Shown one piece after another: positions 57,380-64,000 of a DNA stretch of 64,000 bases. Source of the stretch: Pseudomonadales bacterium (lineage in GTDB: Bacteria; Patescibacteriota; Microgenomatia; UBA1400; PJMF01); assembly GCA_020632255.1 (NCBI GenBank), contig JACKFX010000003.1, positions 48,119 through 112,118 of the forward strand, read 5' to 3'. The position numbers and the translations under genes were made by a program. The first letter of the stretch is position 1. Each line of letters begins with the position of its first letter. Below the pieces are notes generated by a model that saw only the letters and a list, made by a program, of their open reading frames with translations, was not told the origin of the DNA and did no database searches.

Positions 57380-59008
57380 TTAGGCTGTATGCATATCAAG
57401 GGTGCCTTGCAGCACGGGCATGCCATTTTCGTTGACTAACATATAGCCAATTTCTATTGGGGTGTTTGGCTCAGTAGGTGTTACGTCTATCGTAATAGCA
57501 TCCCACTTTTGTAGTGCAGAAAAAGTTATTGATGGAATGTTGTCTTGATCATCTTTATTCGAGTTTGCAGTAGATATTATTCTAGTTTGAGTGTCTTGAA
57601 AACTTTGTATCATGAAATACAGTTTTTTCTCAGAATCGTATGGCCAAACTGCGTCGGTCACCATAAAGTTAAGTTGAACTTTATTTGGTCTACCAACTTC
57701 TAGTTTCTGTAGTTTGGTTTCTCCAATGGGTTCAGTGCTTCTAGAAATAGTAATGTATTTAGGGAGTTCCCCTTCTATGGAGTTCTGCAAATCTTGAGCA
57801 ATCTTAGTAAGTTGTAATACCAAATTGTCATCATCATTTGTAAATAAGTCACTCCTCTGCTCTGGCATTTCTCTAACTTCCCTATAGTACTTCGATTTTG
57901 CAATTGCATAGCGAGTAGAGTCCATCTCTTGTAATTCTTTTTTTATTTCATCCAGAACCCTTTTTTTTGTTTCAAGATCATCTGCTAACTCGACTTTTTT
58001 TCTAAATTTCTCTAGTAAGGTTATACAGTATTTTTTATTTTCTAACGTAGTCTTAAGTGTATTCAGCGAATCAAAGGAAAATGTATTTCTTAAAAAGCTG
58101 CTATAGGTACCTTTTCCCCATTTTTTGTCAATTACTTGCGAAACTGCAGGCAAAAGTGAAAAATCTGTTCTTGCTCTAGTGATTAGAGCAAGAAGTTCTT
58201 TTTTTTCATTGTCGTCGTAGATACTCAGAAGTAAGTCAAAAATATCACCAGCATATTGAGTTAACTCTAGATTGAGTTTGATCTCCCCATCTGTATCTTC
58301 CAGAACAGTACAGTGTTGAGCCGATACATTTGAACCATTTGTGAAGTGCATAGTGTCGGTGGGTTTGAAACCAAATTCTTCGAGAATTTCTTTTTTTCTA
58401 ACTAAACTAGCACTGAATTCTTCATGCTTTGATAATTCATCGATAAATAGATTTGAAAAATATGCAAGATACCCATGTTCGAACAGTCTAGCCTGGATGG
58501 CCGTTTCTGCTGTCGCATGCTGTAAACCAATCCGAGCAGTTTTTACAGATTCATTTTTGACCAACAGTACTTCTTTGCCCATGGTGAGGAGCACTAATCT
58601 GAAAATTTCTCTGACTACATCAATTGGCAATACATCTGTATGAATTGGTATAGCATTTGTTCGTTCTGCTAATGAGAGTACATTTTTATATCGGATGAAA
58701 TCTGATTTTTCTTGTAGTTCATCAAGATCCTCATACATTTTTTGTTGTTGATCACCATCTATAAAAGTAAATTCGGGAAATTCAATTTGTTCTACTCCGT
58801 AATCAGCAAAGAGTTCTAAAATAAATTTTTTAGCTTTTTCGAGTGCAAGTACAAAAAGTGGATCAGGATTTTCTAGCTCATATTTTTTAGTGACTTCATT
58901 TCTTATTGTATTGAGTTGTGAGAGTTCTTTTCCTATATTACCTGCATCTGGATGAATTCCACCAGATTCATGGCTGCTTTGTGAAATAATATCGTATATT
59001 TTGTGCAT
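57380..59008 (-). CDS. orphan 542-aa protein (AT-rich, no recognisable domain)
   Basis: Long uninterrupted ORF in an AT-rich stretch, with K/E/D-rich helical composition. Confidence 0.55.
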   Translation of the reverse strand: MHKIYDIISQSSHESGGIHPDAGNIGKELSQLNTIRNEVTKKYELENPDPLFVLALEKAKKFILELFADYGVEQIEFPEFTFIDGDQQQKMYEDLDELQEKSDFIRYKNVLSLAERTNAIPIHTDVLPIDVVREIFRLVLLTMGKEVLLVKNESVKTARIGLQHATAETAIQARLFEHGYLAYFSNLFIDELSKHEEFSASLVRKKEILEEFGFKPTDTMHFTNGSNVSAQHCTVLEDTDGEIKLNLELTQYAGDIFDLLLSIYDDNEKKELLALITRARTDFSLLPAVSQVIDKKWGKGTYSSFLRNTFSFDSLNTLKTTLENKKYCITLLEKFRKKVELADDLETKKRVLDEIKKELQEMDSTRYAIAKSKYYREVREMPEQRSDLFTNDDDNLVLQLTKIAQDLQNSIEGELPKYITISRSTEPIGETKLQKLEVGRPNKVQLNFMVTDAVWPYDSEKKLYFMIQSFQDTQTRIISTANSNKDDQDNIPSITFSALQKWDAITIDVTPTEPNTPIEIGYMLVNENGMPVLQGTLDMHTA

Positions 59009-59271
59009 TGTAGTAAACTTTTAGAACTATTCTGTTGATGCAGAAATGTATATTTATATCTCCTACATATAAATATACATTGAATTCATATTGCTTTCCA
59101 TAGATAATATACTCTATGGTTAATTTGTAGATAACTGCGGAATTGCAAAGTTATAACTGTGCTAACACCCAAAAGAAGAAACTGTGACGCTCTCCACTCA
59201 ACTAGGAAGGATCCTTATTTTTTAGTAGGAGACAATAGATTGCAGTCAAGTATGATATTGACGGAAATAAG

Positions 59272-60066
59272 CTAGTTAAATCTCCCCAGCCCCAACTTAG
59301 TGCTGTACCGAAAACTCTTCACAAAAAACCAAAAGGCAAAACTTAAGAAAGCGATGTTAAGCGCAAAACTGACAGTTAGGTACAGCGGATCGACCTCTCC
59401 TCCCTGGATGAGCGCACGCATTGATTCGAAGATATATGTGGTTGGGATCATTCTACTAATTGGTTGAATCACTGCAGGCAACTGTGAAAGCGGGAAATAA
59501 ATGGCACTAAATGGCAATAAAATTCCTGGTAAAGTCCAGATCACCGTTTGAGCTTTGGGTCCATATCTCAACACAATACCAGCTGAAATAAATCCGAGCC
59601 ACCAGCCAGTCATAGTTGTACTTAAGAAGAACACAGGAATCCACCAACCCAATTCAAATACATTCACGGTATACAAGAAAAAGATGGCAGGTACTAACAG
59701 GATCATGGTGATGGCAGTTTTTATGACCGAGAGCAATAGCACTGACGTCACCCACTCATCAACACGTAAAGGAGTTGAGAAAAGGTTAATTAAGTTATTA
59801 TTCCAAATTTCATCCATTAAGTTACGAGAAACTTCTGCTTGTGAGCGCCAAATCACGTTCCAAAAAATCAGGCCCAACAGAATCGAAACAATCAAGAGTT
59901 GAGCACTACCAGGATCCTCACTTGCACTACTCAACCACTGACCAGTCACACCCCAAAGAAGGGTGTCAATCAGCGGCCAATAAATCATGTCAGAGAGTAA
60001 GTCAAAGTCACGTCTCAGTGGATATAAATGGCGATAGCAGAGTGCTTTTATTCGGTGTAGTTTCAT
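59272..60066 (-). CDS. ABC-2 type transporter permease
   Basis: 6 TM helices with ABC-2 topology. It is translationally coupled to the upstream ATPase (4-bp overlap). Confidence 0.6.
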   Translation of the reverse strand: MKLHRIKALCYRHLYPLRRDFDLLSDMIYWPLIDTLLWGVTGQWLSSASEDPGSAQLLIVSILLGLIFWNVIWRSQAEVSRNLMDEIWNNNLINLFSTPLRVDEWVTSVLLLSVIKTAITMILLVPAIFFLYTVNVFELGWWIPVFFLSTTMTGWWLGFISAGIVLRYGPKAQTVIWTLPGILLPFSAIYFPLSQLPAVIQPISRMIPTTYIFESMRALIQGGEVDPLYLTVSFALNIAFLSFAFWFFVKSFRYSTKLGLGRFN

Positions 60067-61004
60067 TTTTTAATTTCGCTTAAACTTAAAAAGTAATCTT
60101 CAAGCGTTGGAGCATCGATACTAATTTGTGAGTACGTGATGCCTTCACTTGCGAGCAACATCAAAAAGTCAGCGACTTTTTGTTCGTCAATTTGGATGTG
60201 TGCATCACGATGAGTAACGACGACTTCCAACGCTTGTTCTTTACAGAATCGTTGAACACGTTTTAAACCATCTTCAATACGCAAAGTCATCCGTGCGGTG
60301 TTAAGTGACCGCGCTAACGTTTCTGGTGTGTCATTGGCGACTATTGTTCCTTCTTTCAAAAAGAGTACACGCTCGCAAAGGTCGGCAACTTCATCCATAT
60401 TATGAGAAGTATAGAGAATACTGGTATTGTATTCAGCCTGTTGCATGCGAACAAAGTCACGCACTTGGTGGGCAATGTCAGGGTCGAGGGAAGCAGTTGG
60501 CTCATCAAGCAACACAACTTTAGGGTGCGGGATAAATGCTTTTGCCAGCATGATGCGAGTAATTTGCCCTGCAGACAAATTGTTCATAGTTTTATCACGT
60601 TGATTCCATACTCCGAAGAAAGATAGGAATTTTCTAGCTCTGGTTTTAAACGTGTTTTCAGAAACGCCATACAGGTAGGCATAGATACGCAAGTTTTCCA
60701 TGACAGTTAACCGCCAAGGCATTTTGATGTACGTACTGGCAAAGGTTACGTGGTTGAGCACTTCACTTTTATTGGTGTAAAAATCCTGACCAAAATAGGA
60801 AATTGAACCTTCAGTCGCACTCAAATTTCCCAAAAGCATTGAAATAGTAGTGGATTTACCAGCCCCGTTTGGTCCTAGCAATCCAAGAATTTTCCCTTCC
60901 TCTAAAGCAAACGAAATATCGTTTACTGCAGTAAAAGGCGTACCACCTTTTTTTTCAGCGGGGTAGATCTTTGTGAGACCAGTAACTTCTAAGACATTTT
61001 TCAT
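60063..61004 (-). CDS. ABC transporter ATP-binding protein (ABC-2 exporter type)
   Basis: Walker A GPNGAGKSTTISML, signature LSAGQITRIMLAKAF, Walker B VLLDEPTASLD. Confidence 0.85.
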   Translation of the reverse strand: MKNVLEVTGLTKIYPAEKKGGTPFTAVNDISFALEEGKILGLLGPNGAGKSTTISMLLGNLSATEGSISYFGQDFYTNKSEVLNHVTFASTYIKMPWRLTVMENLRIYAYLYGVSENTFKTRARKFLSFFGVWNQRDKTMNNLSAGQITRIMLAKAFIPHPKVVLLDEPTASLDPDIAHQVRDFVRMQQAEYNTSILYTSHNMDEVADLCERVLFLKEGTIVANDTPETLARSLNTARMTLRIEDGLKRVQRFCKEQALEVVVTHRDAHIQIDEQKVADFLMLLASEGITYSQISIDAPTLEDYFLSLSEIKK

Positions 61005-61099
61005 AGGAGAAGGTTATCTTATCACGTCTGGGAAGTGACTGGGAATAGTCAGGAGATGCTGAGTTAGCGAATCTGAGCTAAATCCAGTATACTGAAGGT

Positions 61100-61978
61100 A
61101 TGAAAATCGACGCACTACGTAGCAAAAACGGCATGATTACTCTTTTAGAGTTGGATCGTGTGCCAGTCATGGCTGAAGCCCTGGGTCTGCGAATTTCAAA
61201 CCTGGAAGAATTTCAGATTGCTTCAGCAATTACGAAAGAGATGGTGGCACAGTTAACACCTCACGTGCAGGGAGCGGTACTGTCTCCAGAACATTCTTTG
61301 CAGCACCGCCAAGATCTCTCAAAAAAGACAGTGCCTGTAATTAGCTTAGAAAAGAAAACCGCAGCAGTTGATCCCTTGGTTCCTCCAAGTTTTGTTGATA
61401 ATTGGGGGATTGAGAGTGTGGCCAACAACTATGGTATCGCCAAGCTCGAACTTTATTACCATCCCAAAGAAGCAAATGCAGCCATCAAAAAACAAATGGT
61501 GGCTGAACTGTATGATTATTGTAACTATGAGGGTATTGATTTCATTTTAGAGCTCCTTGTGTATCATCAAGCAAACGAAAAGCCATCTCCACAAGGCCTC
61601 ATTGAAACCCAACTGACCGCTGTACAAGAATTTCGTGAAGGTTGTGACCTGATGGCGCTTGAATATCTGGGAGACAGTTTGGCAGCAGTTACTATCACTG
61701 CTGAGCTGGATATCCCATGGATTATCACAAGTAGAGATCAAAGCTATGAAACAGTTAAAACAGAGTTACGTGCTGCACTCGAAAGTGGAGCGCAAGGATT
61801 TTTGTTTGGTGACATTTTTTGGCCGCAGTTAGAGCTGGCAACACATGACGGCGGTGAAGTTTCCGTGGAGATGCTTACAGCAGAAGTAAGCAAACATGGT
61901 CGTGATCATGTGATAGAATTAAGCCGAATCACCAGTGAATTTAGTGATAATGCGAATGCACAGGAGGGAACAGAATGA
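61100..61978 (+). CDS. class I aldolase-like TIM-barrel protein (LacD / tagatose-bisphosphate aldolase family-like)
   Basis: ..GMITLLELDRVPVMAEALG.., ..YCNYEGIDFILELLVY.. and ..IPWIITSRDQSYETVKTELRAALESGAQGFLFGDIFW follow the block order of LacD-family aldolases. Weak similarity judged by eye. Confidence 0.35.
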   Translation: MKIDALRSKNGMITLLELDRVPVMAEALGLRISNLEEFQIASAITKEMVAQLTPHVQGAVLSPEHSLQHRQDLSKKTVPVISLEKKTAAVDPLVPPSFVDNWGIESVANNYGIAKLELYYHPKEANAAIKKQMVAELYDYCNYEGIDFILELLVYHQANEKPSPQGLIETQLTAVQEFREGCDLMALEYLGDSLAAVTITAELDIPWIITSRDQSYETVKTELRAALESGAQGFLFGDIFWPQLELATHDGGEVSVEMLTAEVSKHGRDHVIELSRITSEFSDNANAQEGTE

Positions 61979-62277
61979 GTGGTGTAATGCAGAGAATGAC
62001 GTATATTTTTGTATCACTGATTGAGTTGTTGCTCTCACTTCGTTTTATTGCTAAGTTGTTTGGTGCAAACGCATCAGCATCTTTTATTGCTTGGCTTTAC
62101 GCGAACACCGAACCGTTGCTTAGTCCATTCCAGTATGTCTTTCCTTCTCCAAGTGTCAAAGGTAGATTTGTACTCGAGTTTACTACCTTATTTGCTATTT
62201 TTATGTATACTTTTCTTGCCTATTTAGTGCTCGAAATCCTAGGATTATTTGATACGATGGGAAAGAAAAGGAAGTAG
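61975..62277 (+). CDS. YggT/YlmG-family small membrane protein
   Basis: ..ANTEPLLSPF..SPSVKGRFVLEFTTLFAIFMYTFL.. matches the YggT signature (..TEPLL.P.R...P..GG.D.SP...). Two TM helices. Confidence 0.65.
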   Translation: MSGVMQRMTYIFVSLIELLLSLRFIAKLFGANASASFIAWLYANTEPLLSPFQYVFPSPSVKGRFVLEFTTLFAIFMYTFLAYLVLEILGLFDTMGKKRK

Positions 62278-62289
62278 TCTAAGTGTTCT

Positions 62290-62766
62290 ATGAAAATTAC
62301 TGTTAAGCGCATTTTTCCGTTAGTTGTTAGTGATGTCGTTACTTCAATTCAGAAGGCAGCAGTGTATCTTGTGGTGACTGTATTTGTGGTGGCTTTCATA
62401 TTAGTTGGAGTTGGCGTGGCATCACACTTAGTTCAACCAATAGCTTTTGGAGTGGGTTTGGTGGTGTTATTAGCATTTGTGGCTTCAAAAGTCATTGACG
62501 CGCAATTAAAAGCGAAAGGTAGTTACATGGAACTGACTGACTCTCAAATTCTTGGTGAGAGCACGGGGTTTAGCAACAACAGCTTCACTGTTCCCATCAA
62601 GCAAGTGGCTACTATGCACATTCACCAAGATTTTATTGATAAATTGCTTGGTGTTTCTGCCATTGTATTCACTCAGATGAACTCAAGTATTAGTGTTTTT
62701 GGATTTGAGCACAGTGATGCTCAGAAGTTTGTTAAAAAATTTGCCGAACTTCAAAGTAAAAAATAG
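62290..62766 (+). CDS. membrane protein with bacterial PH (bPH_2/YdbS-like) domain
   Basis: A two-TM hairpin followed by a ~90-aa beta-rich domain (..[50 protein letters not shown]..). Confidence 0.4.
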   Translation: MKITVKRIFPLVVSDVVTSIQKAAVYLVVTVFVVAFILVGVGVASHLVQPIAFGVGLVVLLAFVASKVIDAQLKAKGSYMELTDSQILGESTGFSNNSFTVPIKQVATMHIHQDFIDKLLGVSAIVFTQMNSSISVFGFEHSDAQKFVKKFAELQSKK

Positions 62767-62779
62767 TAAAAGGATTTTT

Positions 62780-63382
62780 ATGTTCACCTTACCAGAACTT
62801 CAGTATGAATTTGCAGCCCTCGAGCCCCATATTGATGCTCGTACTATGGAGATTCACTACACCAAACATCATCAAGGATACACTGATAAGCTGAACGCAG
62901 CGGTTGAAGGTTCGTCACTCGAAGGCAACACCATCGAGGAAATCATGGCTCATGTGTCAGAAGAGTCAACAGCTGTTCGAAACAACGGTGGAGGATTTTA
63001 CAATCATTCACTTTTTTGGTCAGTGCTGAGTCCGGATGGCGGCGGCGAGCCTACTGGGGCTCTAGCTGATGCCATCAATGAAGCTTTTGGCTCATTTGAA
63101 GAGTTCAAAACTCAATTTAGCACCGCCGCCGCCACCCAATTTGGCTCTGGATGGGCTTGGTTGGTTGTCAATGATGGTCAACTTTCTGTTGGTTCAACTC
63201 CAAATCAAGACAACCCACTCATGGATGTTGTCGGTATGGATGGCACCCCAATTCTTGGTTTAGATGTGTGGGAACATGCCTACTATCTTAACTACCAGAA
63301 TCGCCGACCTGACTATATCGAAGCATTCTGGAATGTTGTAAACTGGGATGAGGTGGCTCGAAGATTTGAGGCTGCACAGTAG
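62780..63382 (+). CDS. sodA: superoxide dismutase (Fe/Mn family)
   Basis: ..[28 protein letters not shown].. and ..[19 protein letters not shown]... The start is set at ATG 62780 (RBS AAAGGA), not the ORF-track 62693. Confidence 0.9.
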   Translation: MFTLPELQYEFAALEPHIDARTMEIHYTKHHQGYTDKLNAAVEGSSLEGNTIEEIMAHVSEESTAVRNNGGGFYNHSLFWSVLSPDGGGEPTGALADAINEAFGSFEEFKTQFSTAAATQFGSGWAWLVVNDGQLSVGSTPNQDNPLMDVVGMDGTPILGLDVWEHAYYLNYQNRRPDYIEAFWNVVNWDEVARRFEAAQ

Positions 63383-63443
63383 TTTTTGCAAAAACAATAC
63401 CACTAGTAAAAAAATGTGAACTGCAGTTGCTTAGGAAGGCAGA

Positions 63444-64000
63444 ATGCTCCAGGTTATTCTTGACGTTGAAACCAAGAAAACATTCGATGAAGTTGGAGGA
63501 TATTTCCCGGAAAAATTGGGAATATCATTTGTTGGTGTCTGTATTCGTGAGGGTTTTACCGGCAAAGGAGAGATGCGAAGTTACTGGGAAAAAGATCTGC
63601 CCGACTTGTTTCCTCTGCTTGAAAAAGCTGATGTAGTCATTGGATTTAATATTGATGGCTTTGACATGCCAACCTTCACTAATTACTATAGTGCTGACAT
63701 AAGTAAAATCCCAACACTTGATGTGATGAATCGTATCAAAGACAGTGTTGGGCATCGTATCGGTTTGGATGCAGTGGCTCAGGAAACACTGGGGATTGGT
63801 AAGACAGGTGATGGACTTGACGCAATTAAGTACTACCAAAACCAGCAGTGGGAAGAACTGGAAAAATACTGTATCCAAGACGTAGCCGTAACACGTGATG
63901 TCTACGACTACGGCTTGCAAAAAGGCACCGTCAAGTTTCGCAACAGATGGAATCGACTTATTGAAGCCCCTGTAGACTTTAGCTTTACACCACAAAAAGA
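63444..64000 (+). CDS. DEDD-type 3'-5' exonuclease (PolB-exonuclease-like/YprB-like), 3' end cut by window edge
   Basis: This ORF is not in the supplied track because no stop falls inside the window. It is open from ATG 63444 to the window end. Motifs VILDVET (Exo I, D-x-E), GFNIDGFDMP (Exo II) and KYCIQDVAVTRDVY (Exo III, Y-x3-D). Confidence 0.5.
   Translation, partial: MLQVILDVETKKTFDEVGGYFPEKLGISFVGVCIREGFTGKGEMRSYWEKDLPDLFPLLEKADVVIGFNIDGFDMPTFTNYYSADISKIPTLDVMNRIKDSVGHRIGLDAVAQETLGIGKTGDGLDAIKYYQNQQWEELEKYCIQDVAVTRDVYDYGLQKGTVKFRNRWNRLIEAPVDFSFTPQK

Noticed and set aside
63525-63995. Minus-strand 156-aa ORF at the window end
   Set aside because: It is antisense to the better-supported DEDD exonuclease ORF, which has conserved Exo I-III motifs.
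1-64000. CRISPR arrays, rRNA genes, RNase P / SRP RNA signatures
   Set aside because: No regularly spaced direct repeats with unique spacers were found, and no conserved rRNA, RNase P (AAAGTCCGGGC-type) or SRP (AGGAAGCAGC-type) cores were seen on inspection of the intergenic regions.

Overview
The window reads as chromosomal DNA from a low-GC, small-genome bacterium. Gene content fits a Candidate Phyla Radiation (Saccharibacteria-like) lineage: a short-form IF-2, a stand-alone 5'-3' exonuclease, a tRNA-binding Trbp111-like protein, giant secreted proteins and few metabolic genes. This placement is an inference. About two thirds of the window is housekeeping: an RNR C-terminus, tsaC-tsaE fusion plus tsaD (t6A synthesis), yidC, an SPFH protein, groES-groEL, pgeF, two CAU-anticodon tRNAs, ftsB, a Xer-like recombinase, an aspartate racemase, trpS, ftsH, a GT4 glycosyltransferase, a GH-A glycosidase, hrcA-grpE-dnaK, a dnaJ-like gene, nusA, infB, rpsO, pnp, ABC transporters, yggT and sodA. 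Between these lie stretches that look AT-richer by eye and carry orphan genes and repeats: (i) a cassette-like islet right after tRNA-fMet, bounded by ~145-bp direct repeats (10.0-11.7 kb); (ii) a surface-protein region holding an ABC ATPase - MacB-like permease - 1681-aa Gly-rich secreted giant operon (12-22 kb); (iii) a tyrosine recombinase next to a 3.8-kb orphan gene with a C-terminal HD motif (23-28 kb); (iv) a lipoprotein / TM protein / 1311-aa Cys-rich CBM-containing giant / TM protein cluster (40-47 kb); (v) an AT-rich 542-aa orphan with small ORFs (56.8-59 kb). Non-coding signals include CIRCE operators with TTGACA promoters upstream of groES and hrcA, a MITE-like element with perfect 22-bp terminal inverted repeats downstream of groEL, identical GC-rich 19-bp palindromes after trpS and nusA, a shared terminator stem after rpsO and pnp, a recurring TACTCCC-N4-GGGAGTA-T5 hairpin at island borders, and a surE N-terminal remnant. 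No CRISPR array or rRNA was seen. All coordinates were derived by hand and should be taken as +/- a few nt for the non-coding features.
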